A DNA stretch of 64,000 nucleotides from a bacterium (GCA_036834845.1 DAITNB010000008.1:34849-98848); one strand, 5' to 3'. Counted from the stretch's first letter, positions 9,450 through 19,608 are shown. Numbers and translations are program-made. The notes: generated by a model from the letters alone, not told the origin.

Positions 9450-11063
9450 TTATTTCAGCTTTGCAATCTTCTTCGCTTCGGGGAATAGCTCCATGGCCTT
9501 CTTCACTTGCTTGTCCATGGTGATCATTACGGAAGTATATCCGTTGTTGTTAAACACTGCCCGTCCGATAAGCGCTTTTACAACGGTGCGAAGGTAATCT
9601 TCGTCTACGCGGAACTCGTCGTCCTTCCACTCGATGTCCTTCGCTTTCGCAAAGTTCTTCATGATTTCGATGTCTTGATCTGATACGCGGAACTCGCGGA
9701 GGTACTTCTTTACGTCTGCGCCATAGGTGGCACGAATCTCTTTTCCACGCTCCTTCATCACCGCGTCTGATGTTTCCCAGAACACGTTCTTTGCACGAAG
9801 TTTTCTTGCAAGGAAGCCAACGGTGTCTTGCTTCACAATGTAGTCCGGTGTAACACCGCCCCCGCCATACACGGTGCGTCCGCCAATTGTCTTGTATTTC
9901 GGACGCGTCTTCGTGCTATCGTCTGCATCGTGAGCGATGTTATCCCCTTCGTCTCCTTCTTCGCGGCCTTCGCCTTGGTAGTACTTCGACTTGTCGTTGT
10001 ACGGACGTTGAATCAAACGTCCACTTGGTGTGTAGTATTTCGAAATGGTTAGACGATACGCCGAGCCATCACCCAACGGGTACTGGCGCTGTACAAGCCC
10101 CTTACCAAACGATGTTTCGCCCACAACAAGTCCGCGGTCTAGGTCTTGAACAGCACCCGACACGATTTCGCTGGCCGAAGCGCTGCCGCCGTTGATGAGA
10201 ACAACCAATGGAATATTCTCCAGAAGTCCACCACTGGTGGACCAGAAATCTTCGTCGAACTCGGCGCGTCTGCCCTTCGTGTATACCAGCTTCTGGCCAG
10301 ATGGAATAAACTCATCAGCAATACGGAACGCCTGATCGAGATACCCGCCGGGGTTGTATCGCAAGTCGAGAAGCAGCTTCTTCATTCCTTCGGCACGCAA
10401 CCTTTCTGCGGCAGTCATCAGCTCTTCATACGTTGTAGAGCTAAACCGGTTTGTTGTGATGTATCCGATATCGGTGCCATCAATCATGAACGCTGCATCA
10501 ACGGAATTAATCGGAATCTTGTCTCGCTTTACATCATACACCAACAGATCCTTTTCGCCGGCTCGCTTAATGTGAAGCTTAACAATGGTGCCCTTTGGTC
10601 CGCGAAGTTTCTTCGGCACCATTTCGCGCGTAATCTTTATCGCCGACGTGTCATTGATTCGAACAATCTTATCACCGGCCTGTATACCAAGCGCTTCACT
10701 TGGCCCACCAACAATTGGCGAAACAACGGTAATGGTATCATTCACCACATCGAACTCCACACCTATACCATCGAACGAGCCGCGGAAGTCTTCTTCTACC
10801 TTCTGCATCTCTTTGGCACTTATGTATACACTGTGTGGGTCTAGCTCGTCTAACATGCCACGAATAGCAGCTTCGGTAAGTTTCTGGGTGTCTACTTCGT
10901 CTACGTAGTTCTTTACTGCCATGGACAACACCTCGGAGAATTTCCGAGTTTGATCCATCACAGAGTCTCCGGAGAACGCCGGCTGCACCATTACGCCGAT
11001 GCAAATTCCGGCGACAATTGCTGCGGTGGCGAGAACGATAATTCTGACAGGTTTCTTGCTCAT
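9450..11063 (-). CDS. ctpA: Carboxy-terminal processing protease (S41A, PDZ domain)
   Basis: LDPHSVY, FDGIGVEF, PDZ, DLRYNPGGYL, SASASEIVSGAVQD (Ser), SFGKGLVQ (Lys). Start refined to ATG 11063 (MSKKP). Confidence 0.9.
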   Translation of the reverse strand: MSKKPVRIIVLATAAIVAGICIGVMVQPAFSGDSVMDQTRKFSEVLSMAVKNYVDEVDTQKLTEAAIRGMLDELDPHSVYISAKEMQKVEEDFRGSFDGIGVEFDVVNDTITVVSPIVGGPSEALGIQAGDKIVRINDTSAIKITREMVPKKLRGPKGTIVKLHIKRAGEKDLLVYDVKRDKIPINSVDAAFMIDGTDIGYITTNRFSSTTYEELMTAAERLRAEGMKKLLLDLRYNPGGYLDQAFRIADEFIPSGQKLVYTKGRRAEFDEDFWSTSGGLLENIPLVVLINGGSASASEIVSGAVQDLDRGLVVGETSFGKGLVQRQYPLGDGSAYRLTISKYYTPSGRLIQRPYNDKSKYYQGEGREEGDEGDNIAHDADDSTKTRPKYKTIGGRTVYGGGGVTPDYIVKQDTVGFLARKLRAKNVFWETSDAVMKERGKEIRATYGADVKKYLREFRVSDQDIEIMKNFAKAKDIEWKDDEFRVDEDYLRTVVKALIGRAVFNNNGYTSVMITMDKQVKKAMELFPEAKKIAKLK

Positions 11064-11145
11064 AAGGGAATGCTGTGGTGTGCGTGGCGGCAAAACTACG
11101 AAAGGTGCCGCAGGGCGTAGACGACGGTGCGAACGGTGAAGTGTG

Positions 11146-14100
11146 TTACCGCACCGTACAGATGGTAAAGTAGACCGCCGTTGGCGTGGTAATTCGACAG
11201 GCATATACGCCCGCTTGAAGTCCGGAACAATCTACCGTAACGGCCTTTGTTGGTTGCCCTGCCCATTGCGCCGCGCGTACAGACTCGCCCGACACCGTAA
11301 GCATATCAAGGTGCAGCTTGTTGGTTTCTGCCGGCAGTACAAGCGTTACGGTATTCTGCGCCGGCTGCGGGTACACGGATACAGACCCTACACTGGCCAA
11401 ACTCATAGCGCTTACAGGCACATCACATCTGCTAATGCCCTGATATACAAGGGGTTGGGCAATACCCTCGAGGATAATTTTGCGAGCAAGGCAGCCACGG
11501 CGCAGCTCTACGGAATCTCGGGTTGTTACCTCCGGATTAGCGATGAGTGGACTAAAACACACCACCAGCGCAGCCGTTCCGCCCTTGGCTGATACGGAAA
11601 TGGTGAACTGACTGCGAGGAACAGAGAACACGGTGTTTACATACACATAAACATCCGCAAGAGCGATACCGGCAATTCCCTGGTTCTCAAGCTCCAAGGT
11701 GTCGCAATGTATTTCGCCGATATTACAGCTACCAAAGGAGTGGGTAACCGTGGGTGTTAGGTCTCCATCCACCGATAGCATGAACCCTGGAATGGTGTCG
11801 ATGGACACTGTTACGTTTTGGGCAGAGTCTATGGCCTCGAACCCATAAATGGCATCGAGAAATGGATCGAGCACGGTTACTTCGTACAAACGACTATCAA
11901 GCGTACTGTCTGCCAAAACAACAGTACAATTGCGTTGCACAGAGTCTATGATGGCACACGAGGCCAAGCCCAGGTTCGCCCCCTGCTTATCGTCTATAAG
12001 TATGCGCACGTTTGTAGAACAGGGATCTGCATCGGCAACAACCTTTGGACCCTCCTCATCAAGGCGCTCTTCAAACATGGCAGCAAGCATGGTTCTGGAA
12101 CGGCAGGTGTCTGCAATAACAAGAGTGTCTGCAACATCCTGCACCGAGGTTCCTTCTCGGCAGAAACGGACCATTATGCGCTGACCCGGGCTAAGCGTGA
12201 ATGGTGGAAGGGGGCTCTGAACGGGCGTGCCGCCGGTAAAACGCAATTGTGTTATCTCGCGATCGTAGAGTCCGTAGTTCTCTATTTCTAGAGAGTCGCA
12301 GCGAGATCTTCCTACAGGTATTACGTACAATCGCGAGGCAACATTTGTACTGTTTCGTTTGCCCGTTTCGGCAACGGTAAAGCCGGGAATAGCAATGGTT
12401 TCTACTCCATTTGTGTTGCCTACTCTATCTACACTGCGGATAGAAGCGCTACCATCGAGGAAGGCATCTACGAGCGCTACTTGGATGGGAACCTCTGCCT
12501 GGGGCGGTGTGAAGTTTGCCAGAGTAACACGGGTGTTTATCTCCGAGCCGGGCACAACGGTTATCGAGGCAATGCGCGAGTCGGAAATCAACGTGTCGGT
12601 AATGCTGCCCGTGAATACACCGCAGTTCACCGATCCCGATAACTGGGGTGCATACACATCGAGTGATCGGAAGGACATTCCTCCGATGTAACCATACGAG
12701 TTTGCCAAACCATAGCCGTACACGTATATCCCAAAGGTTGTATCGCAATTCATCTCGTGCACACCATCGCGCATGCGGATTTGTGCCCACGAAAATTCTG
12801 ATGATCCAATTGGACGGAAGAGTGCGCTGTTAACTGGTGCTCCGTCTAAGCGAAGTGAGGGTATACCCACCGTTGGAATAACTACATTTAGCCACTGTTC
12901 ATCGTACACGGAGTCGTCAATAATCGGACGTCCGTTGGGTCCGATTCTGTATTCGAATGCCTGAATGTTTACAAAACGATACGAATCCATGAACTGCTCA
13001 GACGGCGGTACAATCATCATAAAGGGGTCGCCAAGGCGTGTAATATCGAACTGTCCGCCCACTCCCGAGCTCTTCTTGTACTGCGCAACAAGTGTGGGCC
13101 GGGAAGTTTGAATAACGCTTGCGGTGCTGAGATTTTGCTCATACATCTTACCACGCTGCAGTGTGCTCCTCAGCACACCGTCTACGTATACTTCTGTTGA
13201 GTCGAATGCCGCTAACACACGAAAAATGTCCGACCCCGTTGCAAGCTCGTTCGAAGAAGGGGCGAATGGGGTAACGTAGGCACTCTTTCCCCAAGTGCTA
13301 ACGGGATTAAGTTGCTCTACTAAACAATCTCGCGAGGCAAGTTGGCCGCGGGACGACAAGGGAAGAAGTGCTCTGTTATGTCCGGTAAACACCGCAACCG
13401 GCTTGTCTGCCCGAACCACAGAACCGGTTAGGTCGGGCGCAGAACCGGAACGCACGTCTGCCTGCACTAGATACACCTGGCCGGCATTGAGCACTATGCG
13501 CCTGTTGATTGCCGTAGGATTACCCGGCGTTGGTACACTGGGTTGAATGTTTACAACCGTATTGTTCTCTGTGGCTACAATGGCAAACTGCGACGGCGTA
13601 GACTGGTCGTTCGGAACGCCGTTAACAATCCGAACATCCGATTGATACGAAAGAACAACGTAGTCTTCGGAAATAGCATCCGTCGGTAGCACAAGAAACG
13701 CCTCGCTAGTAAGATATGCTTGGTTTAGAGCATACACTGTTACGTCGTTATTGGCAACAACGTGAAAGGCCTTGCTAACGATGTTCTCGTTATCTGTTCC
13801 AGAGTACTGAAGTGGTGGACGATTCTGGTTAATCCCGCGCAGCTCCACCCCGCGGTAATACACGCTTGTCTGGAACACCTGCCGAGGATCGGAGATCAGA
13901 AAGTTCACTACCTGTGTCTGTCCGCCATCGTCTCTCCACGATATCGTGCCGGATGTTGGCTGGTCGGCACTGATATACACATAGAGCTGATGCTCCATCT
14001 GCGATGTGATGTCTGTTTCGATGGACGATTCGTCGTTATGATAGTTTGGCAAGAACGCAAACCAAAAGTCCCGCCCCTTACTATCCGGCACCATCTGTGC

Positions 14101-14154
14101 CGATGCACCAATTGCTACAGCCACCAACACCACCGTGGAGAGGAGAATGCGCAT
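11146..14154 (-). CDS. IgGFc-binding domain protein with Ig-like repeats and T9SS C-terminal domain
   Basis: Signal peptide; SKGRDFWFAFLPN, SEAFLVLPTDA, DLTGSVVRADKPVAVFTGH, LVEQLNP...WGK, GDPFMMIVPP, YGYG...SYGY; C-terminal VYPQPAQNT...FTICTVR. Confidence 0.82.
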   Translation of the reverse strand: MRILLSTVVLVAVAIGASAQMVPDSKGRDFWFAFLPNYHNDESSIETDITSQMEHQLYVYISADQPTSGTISWRDDGGQTQVVNFLISDPRQVFQTSVYYRGVELRGINQNRPPLQYSGTDNENIVSKAFHVVANNDVTVYALNQAYLTSEAFLVLPTDAISEDYVVLSYQSDVRIVNGVPNDQSTPSQFAIVATENNTVVNIQPSVPTPGNPTAINRRIVLNAGQVYLVQADVRSGSAPDLTGSVVRADKPVAVFTGHNRALLPLSSRGQLASRDCLVEQLNPVSTWGKSAYVTPFAPSSNELATGSDIFRVLAAFDSTEVYVDGVLRSTLQRGKMYEQNLSTASVIQTSRPTLVAQYKKSSGVGGQFDITRLGDPFMMIVPPSEQFMDSYRFVNIQAFEYRIGPNGRPIIDDSVYDEQWLNVVIPTVGIPSLRLDGAPVNSALFRPIGSSEFSWAQIRMRDGVHEMNCDTTFGIYVYGYGLANSYGYIGGMSFRSLDVYAPQLSGSVNCGVFTGSITDTLISDSRIASITVVPGSEINTRVTLANFTPPQAEVPIQVALVDAFLDGSASIRSVDRVGNTNGVETIAIPGFTVAETGKRNSTNVASRLYVIPVGRSRCDSLEIENYGLYDREITQLRFTGGTPVQSPLPPFTLSPGQRIMVRFCREGTSVQDVADTLVIADTCRSRTMLAAMFEERLDEEGPKVVADADPCSTNVRILIDDKQGANLGLASCAIIDSVQRNCTVVLADSTLDSRLYEVTVLDPFLDAIYGFEAIDSAQNVTVSIDTIPGFMLSVDGDLTPTVTHSFGSCNIGEIHCDTLELENQGIAGIALADVYVYVNTVFSVPRSQFTISVSAKGGTAALVVCFSPLIANPEVTTRDSVELRRGCLARKIILEGIAQPLVYQGISRCDVPVSAMSLASVGSVSVYPQPAQNTVTLVLPAETNKLHLDMLTVSGESVRAAQWAGQPTKAVTVDCSGLQAGVYACRITTPTAVYFTICTVR

Positions 14155-15029
14155 TACAGTGTTAGCCCTCCCACAGCATCGCCTGCTGCATTATGAAGCT
14201 GCACTCGCATGTGTGCTGCATCGGCACGCACGTACGCAAAGCCGCCGGTATCAATCATTGCCACAGTGTGTGCACCACGTTTCGACGCACGCACACCGCC
14301 CCCTCCGCCGGAGACCAAACACGCAAACGAGTCGCTCGGATTCTTTATTGCCTGCACGTCGTGATCGTGACCACAGCAATACAGATGCACGCCATACGTG
14401 TCGAGAAGTGGTTTTACGTTTTTCACAAGAAAGAGGGAATCTCCGTAATGACCATAACTACGGAGTGGATGATGACCCGCAACAACCTTCCACTTGCTGG
14501 TGGTGGCCGCTAGAGTTTGCTCTAACCACTCCAGTTGCTCCCTCCACCCGTCTTCTTTTTGAAGGAGTGGAGTGGTATCAAGAGCTATCACGGAGAGTTT
14601 CGTTACAGGGTTAACAGCAAATTCGTTGTGCCACGTTTTTCCGGGCATATTCCAGCGTGGGTTTCGGGATGAATAGCGGATCTGCGCATCGGTGCTTCCA
14701 CGATGGTCGTGATTACCCAAAATTGCCCACCACGGCAGAGTGATTCCGCTATAGGGTGTTTCGAACTTCGTTTTCCACTGACCGTCGTCTTCGGACGTAA
14801 CGCCGTTTGGGTAGATGTTATCGCCTGTGCTGAGAATAAACTGCACTGCGCCAGAGCTGCGAATTACCTGTTGCATACCCGCTGCCACGGTTTTCTGCAA
14901 TTGTCCTCCCGTTCCCCAGTCTCCAACCACAAGAAACTCCAACGCTGTGTTTTCGGCACGCGCAAGGGCTGGTAGGGGGCGCAGCGCAAGCGCTGCCGCA
15001 ATGGTAGTGATGAAATGTCTACGGTTCAT
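14154..15029 (-). CDS. Tat-exported purple/tartrate-resistant acid phosphatase-like metallophosphoesterase
   Basis: MNRRHF twin-arginine signal; GDWG, GDNIY, GNHD, GHH, GHDH metal motifs. Its stop overlaps the start of the downstream IgGFc gene (TAATG). Confidence 0.85.
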   Translation of the reverse strand: MNRRHFITTIAAALALRPLPALARAENTALEFLVVGDWGTGGQLQKTVAAGMQQVIRSSGAVQFILSTGDNIYPNGVTSEDDGQWKTKFETPYSGITLPWWAILGNHDHRGSTDAQIRYSSRNPRWNMPGKTWHNEFAVNPVTKLSVIALDTTPLLQKEDGWREQLEWLEQTLAATTSKWKVVAGHHPLRSYGHYGDSLFLVKNVKPLLDTYGVHLYCCGHDHDVQAIKNPSDSFACLVSGGGGGVRASKRGAHTVAMIDTGGFAYVRADAAHMRVQLHNAAGDAVGGLTL

Positions 15030-15056
15030 CGTTTACCAAAGTACGATATTCGCACC

Positions 15057-15596
15057 GTGCAAAAACTCAGTTATGAAGATTTGGTGCAGCGGAGGTTAAC
15101 GCCGCAGCAGGCGGCCACTAGGTCCCGACATCCCATTGTTGTAATTCTCCACGATGTACGAAGCTTGTACAATGTGGGCAGCATCTTTCGGTCGGCAGAT
15201 GCTTTTCATGTTTCGGAGCTTCTTTGCACGGGGTTTACGCCCGCTCCTCCCCGACCGGAAATCTCGAAGACAGCTCTCGGAGCAGACGAGGTGGTACCTT
15301 TTCGGCATGAACCCAACATTACCGAAGCCATCCAGGGTTTGCGTAGCCGGGGCTACCACGTAATGGCAGTAGAGCTAGCTCACAATTCAACAAATCCCGC
15401 CCATCTATCCCTATCGAACTTTCCGATAGCTGTTGTATTTGGAAACGAACTTGCCGGTTTGCCTCAACACGTATTGGATTTGTGTGATGGCGCGCTGGAG
15501 ATTCCCATGTACGGCACCAAACACTCCCTTAATGTGGCTGTGGCCGCCGGAATAGTTCTCTACTCGCTCACCGAGCGCTTCTTGGAGTCACCATGA
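15057..15596 (+). CDS. TrmH/SpoU family RNA methyltransferase
   Basis: LHDVRSLYNVGSIFRSADAF, FGNELAGL, IPMYGTKHSLNVAVA SPOUT motifs. GTG 15057 (MQKLSYEDL) is preferred over ATG 15015, which overlaps the divergent gene start. Confidence 0.88.
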   Translation: MQKLSYEDLVQRRLTPQQAATRSRHPIVVILHDVRSLYNVGSIFRSADAFHVSELLCTGFTPAPPRPEISKTALGADEVVPFRHEPNITEAIQGLRSRGYHVMAVELAHNSTNPAHLSLSNFPIAVVFGNELAGLPQHVLDLCDGALEIPMYGTKHSLNVAVAAGIVLYSLTERFLESP

Positions 15597-16327
15597 TTAC
15601 TGTTGCCCTCCCTTCCGAGGAAATTGCACAACCGTTGTGCGAAAACGCTCGTGCGGTTGCCGCCGAACGTGGCTGGAAAATTCGCGAGACCACGCTAGAC
15701 CAGGCCGGAGAGCTTCTTCTGCTGAACTCCGTAGACCTAGCCCTAACAACACCGCTGGGTTACGGCAAAGGTGTAGCACGCGTAGACTACCGCGTTATTG
15801 AGGGACCGTGTGTTGCCCTCGAAGATTTCACAAACGCCTACGGCATAACATTTTCCGAGGGTGGAAGGTCTCTCGACACCTATGCCTCTGATTCTCCAGA
15901 GTCCTTCACAACAACCATAGCGCGACTGATAATGGCGGAGAAGTTCGACGTACTCCTGCGCCACAGCGAGCCCCCTGCCGACTGCATAATTGGTCCAGCC
16001 GGAACGCATGCGCAGCAGCTCGATCTTGGTGAGGAGTGGTTCGATCTGATAGAGGCACCGCTCCCATTGGGGATTTGGGTGGCCAGGGCCGACGCCGAGG
16101 AGGTTGGCTTAGACGTAGTTGTGGAACTCTTTGCGAACAAGGACTTGTTGTCGAAGCCGGTATCGGAGCTTGCGCCACTTACGTCAGACTCTATGCCCCG
16201 CGAAGGCAAAATCCTCTACCGATGGTCCAACGAGGTCCGCGAAGGTCTCGATGCAGCCCTACACTCCCTGTTTTACCACCAGGTGTTCACGGAGCTCCCT
16301 GCTGTAAAGATCTACGGTCAGGACTGA
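15593..16327 (+). CDS. MqnA/MqnD-like (periplasmic binding protein type 2 fold) protein, divergent
   Basis: VDLALTT, IARLIMAEKF and DLGEEWFDLIEAPLPLGIWVAR match the MqnA DLG..W...T.LPFVFA.W motif, but other conserved motifs are altered. Confidence 0.62.
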   Translation: MITVALPSEEIAQPLCENARAVAAERGWKIRETTLDQAGELLLLNSVDLALTTPLGYGKGVARVDYRVIEGPCVALEDFTNAYGITFSEGGRSLDTYASDSPESFTTTIARLIMAEKFDVLLRHSEPPADCIIGPAGTHAQQLDLGEEWFDLIEAPLPLGIWVARADAEEVGLDVVVELFANKDLLSKPVSELAPLTSDSMPREGKILYRWSNEVREGLDAALHSLFYHQVFTELPAVKIYGQD

Positions 16328-16380
16328 CCAAACCGAAAACGGTATCTTTGCCGAGATACACCAACACAAAGGAGCACACC

Positions 16381-17034
16381 ATGCAGATTTATGTAGACAG
16401 CGCAAACATCATGGAAATTCGCCAAGCTGCCGCCATGGGCTGCATTAGCGGGGTAACAACAAACCCTTCCCTGTTGGCGAAAGAAGACCCCTCGACGAAC
16501 ATTCGCGAGCTCATCCTCGACATTCATAAAAGTGTTGGCGGACATACTAGTGTAGAGGTGATTAGCACAGACACAGACGGCATGCTTCGCGAGGCAGACG
16601 AAATTTTGTCGTGGTTCCCCGAAGCCACCATCAAGGTTCCCTTTATACCCGCTGGTCTTGCTGCGGTGCGCAAGCTTGCCGATCAGCAAATTCCCACAAA
16701 CGTTACCCTTCTTTTCACAGCCAACCAGGCTCTTATTGCCGCCAACGCCGGTGCAACGTATGTAAGCCTGTTCTTGGGTCGGCTCGATGATGTAGGAACC
16801 GATTCGCTAGTAGCACTGCGCGATACCTGCGAGATTTGGGACGTACAGGGACTAGAGTCGATGATTATTGCAGCAAGTATCCGCACACCCATTCACTTGC
16901 TGGAATGTGCAAAGGCCGGAGCGCACATCGCTACTGTTCCTTACAAGGTGCTTATGCAGTCTGTCAAACACCCACTAACCGATGCTGGCCTTGCTGCGTT
17001 TCTGAAAGATGCAGACAAGTTCTCCATGAAATAA
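16381..17034 (+). CDS. tal: Transaldolase (small TalC/FSA family)
   Basis: VDSAN, GVTTNPSL, Schiff-base Lys in IKVP, NVTLLF, ASIR. Glu in SVEV and Phe in YVSLFLGR favour transaldolase over fructose-6-phosphate aldolase. Confidence 0.88.
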   Translation: MQIYVDSANIMEIRQAAAMGCISGVTTNPSLLAKEDPSTNIRELILDIHKSVGGHTSVEVISTDTDGMLREADEILSWFPEATIKVPFIPAGLAAVRKLADQQIPTNVTLLFTANQALIAANAGATYVSLFLGRLDDVGTDSLVALRDTCEIWDVQGLESMIIAASIRTPIHLLECAKAGAHIATVPYKVLMQSVKHPLTDAGLAAFLKDADKFSMK

Positions 17035-17048
17035 GCTGTGTTGATGTG

Positions 17049-17555
17049 ATGAAATTCGCACTCGTTGTAGTATCTCTGGTAACCTTTGCCCTTATTGCCT
17101 ATGGCGCAACCGACAAGTCTGTTGGCAAACGTGCCACAGAGTTTGTGCTATCCGATCAGTTCGAACAACGGTGGTCTTGGAACAAACATTGGAAGGGCAA
17201 ACCAACCGTTCTCGTACTTAGCGACTGGAAGGGTAGCGACTATACCGAGAGTTGGACAAAACCCCTGGCAGCTCGTTTTCAGGATCGTGTTCGATTTGTT
17301 GCGCTCGCAGACGTTTCTCTGGCGCCATCGTTTCTGCGAAGCTTCCTGCGAGACAAGTTTAAGGAGGCCTACTCGAACAGTATACTTCTCGATTGGGATG
17401 GCGATGTTTTTCGTTACTACAATGTACAGCCAGGGCTGCCAAACGTTGTGTTTGTTGCTTCCGATGGTGTTGTGCAACTGCACACATGGGGCAAAGGAAG
17501 TGCAGACCACGTTACGGCGTTTGCCAGCGAACTTGATAAACTCCTTGTCCAATAG
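17049..17555 (+). CDS. Secreted thioredoxin-fold protein without CxxC
   Basis: Signal peptide; FVLSDQF, GKPTVLVL, ILLDWDG.V...Y......PNVVFVASDGVVQ resemble the redoxin/AhpC-TSA fold; no cysteines. Confidence 0.55.
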   Translation: MKFALVVVSLVTFALIAYGATDKSVGKRATEFVLSDQFEQRWSWNKHWKGKPTVLVLSDWKGSDYTESWTKPLAARFQDRVRFVALADVSLAPSFLRSFLRDKFKEAYSNSILLDWDGDVFRYYNVQPGLPNVVFVASDGVVQLHTWGKGSADHVTAFASELDKLLVQ

Positions 17556-17567
17556 AGAGTTGCACCG

Positions 17568-18233
17568 ATGCCTGCAATTGTAGACAAGAACAGGAAGCGT
17601 GGAGACATTGTTCGTGGTGCCGCAGACGTGTTTGCGCGCACTGGCTATCACGAGTCGAAGATGCAAGACATAGCCGATGCGGCTGATGTAGGCAAAGGCA
17701 CACTCTACGAGTATTTCCGCACAAAGGAAGAACTGTTTCTTGCAGTGTACGACGAGTGGATGACGGAGTACGAAAACCTCATTAAGAGCAGAGTAAACGC
17801 TGCGGCGGACCCACTGTCAAAGGTAGATGCCATTCGCGATAGCGCTGTTGAGTTCTACGAGTCGCGCGCACAACAAGCCCCCTTACTATTAGAGTTTTGG
17901 GCTCATGCCCTGCGCACAGATAATCCAATGTTCCTCGAGCGCATTACCTCTACACGTCGGTTTCTTCGGGAGTTGGGCGAATCGCTCACACAACAACTTG
18001 TGAACGCCGGTTGGTTTACCGAAGTTGATGCGCGGGCGTTTGCAATACTGGAGACCGGCATTAGCGATGGCGTGTTTCTATCGTGGGTGCTTGCCGGGCA
18101 GGCTTTCCCGCTGGACAAGGCCTTTACATTTCGTCAGTCGGTTATCGGACTGGGATTATTGGCGCCCGATGCACGTTCACTGCTTACAGACAAGCTTACC
18201 GCCAAACTTCGGCGAGGCATGGAAAACGGCTAA
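17568..18233 (+). CDS. TetR/AcrR family transcriptional regulator
   Basis: AADVFARTGYHESKMQDIADAADVGKGTLYEYFRTKEELF helix-turn-helix. Confidence 0.92.
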   Translation: MPAIVDKNRKRGDIVRGAADVFARTGYHESKMQDIADAADVGKGTLYEYFRTKEELFLAVYDEWMTEYENLIKSRVNAAADPLSKVDAIRDSAVEFYESRAQQAPLLLEFWAHALRTDNPMFLERITSTRRFLRELGESLTQQLVNAGWFTEVDARAFAILETGISDGVFLSWVLAGQAFPLDKAFTFRQSVIGLGLLAPDARSLLTDKLTAKLRRGMENG

Positions 18234-18237
18234 CCCG

Positions 18238-19503
18238 CTAAAAGAACAGCAGCCAAACACCCAGGGCATAGGCGCCCACTCGCAGAGACATCTTTATACT
18301 CGGACGGATCTCGGACCGTTCATAGCGGTCGATGGCCCAAGCAATAAACAACGTGCTCACCATAATAGACATCATAACGACGATTCCGCCCGGTAACCCC
18401 AACGAACGGAACTGCGTGCGTCCAACACTATCGAACCACGGCGTTCCATACAGCAGCACCAAATGGATAACGTAGATGTACAAGGACCGCGTGCCGAACA
18501 ACACATACCAGTTGCGATAACGATACGTTTTTCTCAGCAGTACCACCGCTGCACTGAATATCATCAGCACAATACCTAAGCGGCGGATGGCCAGTAGTGG
18601 GCTAACCGGCGACTCTAAAAGACTCGCTTCAACACCGTTGGCAATGAGAACATGATGGAGCAAGAAGGCCAGCATAGCTACTACAGCGCCCACGGTTATG
18701 CCTAATCTGTACAACTGATCATCGCGAAACTCTGCCGGAACCGCGCGGAGATATGCGCCCAGAGCAACACCAAAGAACAGAAATGAAGCAAATGGAAAAA
18801 CCGGAAACAGAGAGCCCGCAGAAGTGGTAAAGTAGGCAGCCAGCCAGCCAGGCAGAGACTGTATAAACCACTGCGACGATGTTACGGGAGATAACGCAAG
18901 AATAGCCACGCCGGTAACCAAGGCGCGCCTGCCCATGCTGTTTACAGACTTCGTAGAAGCCATGATAAGAATGAACGCAAGCAGTGCCACCCCGGTTAAC
19001 TGCAGGATGTTTACTGCATAAAACTGCTGCCACCCATTCTGAGGCACAAACGGCAAATCCCAAACTCGATTTGCTGGCATGTACAAGAGGTAACCAAGTC
19101 CGATAATGGTGATTGCCCACCGTACTCGTTTTGCCAACACATCAGGCAGAATTGCTCCGTTGGCACCACGCTTCGATGCAAACACATGAACGGCCCCCGA
19201 TACCATGAGGAATACGGGTGCTGTAAGCCCCCTAACCCAGTGCCACAAATTCCATGGCGCCTGGGATACATCAATAACACTCGACGACACAAGAGCGTCC
19301 AACACGTGACCCTGCATCATGAATACCATGGCCATAAAACGGGCAAGGTCTAACGCATACAGTCTACCGTCTGGCACCTGTGAGAAGGCACGCGCAGGCC
19401 GCACTCCCCGGCCAACCGCACGTTCGCGCTCGAGTGGCTGGGTAAGAATTCCCCTATGGACTATGTATGCTTGGCTCATGCGAAGCAAAAATCCATTGCA
19501 CAC
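18238..19503 (-). CDS. Multi-pass membrane acyltransferase (DUF1624/HGSNAT-like, acyltransferase-3 clan)
   Basis: RLYALDLARFMAMVFMMQGH, APVFLMVSG, NILQLTG, FPVFPF, SLYIYVIHL; about 10 TM. Start may be ATG 19479. Confidence 0.7.
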   Translation of the reverse strand: MCNGFLLRMSQAYIVHRGILTQPLERERAVGRGVRPARAFSQVPDGRLYALDLARFMAMVFMMQGHVLDALVSSSVIDVSQAPWNLWHWVRGLTAPVFLMVSGAVHVFASKRGANGAILPDVLAKRVRWAITIIGLGYLLYMPANRVWDLPFVPQNGWQQFYAVNILQLTGVALLAFILIMASTKSVNSMGRRALVTGVAILALSPVTSSQWFIQSLPGWLAAYFTTSAGSLFPVFPFASFLFFGVALGAYLRAVPAEFRDDQLYRLGITVGAVVAMLAFLLHHVLIANGVEASLLESPVSPLLAIRRLGIVLMIFSAAVVLLRKTYRYRNWYVLFGTRSLYIYVIHLVLLYGTPWFDSVGRTQFRSLGLPGGIVVMMSIMVSTLFIAWAIDRYERSEIRPSIKMSLRVGAYALGVWLLFF

Positions 19504-19608
19504 ACATTCTCACCGAATGAATCGTTTTTCACGTTTCGTTCACCCATCGAGGAACAACAACGGGGTGATGTATGTTTGCCACCGCACTACACAGACTAAA
19601 GGTTCCCC

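Noticed and set aside
15015-15029. Head-to-head overlap of trmH and phosphatase start codons
   Set aside because: Resolved by the downstream GTG start at 15057, which gives a typical MQKLSYE N-terminus.
16381-17034. Fructose-6-phosphate aldolase (fsa) call
   Set aside because: Has the Glu/Phe pair of transaldolases rather than the Gln/Tyr pair of FSA.
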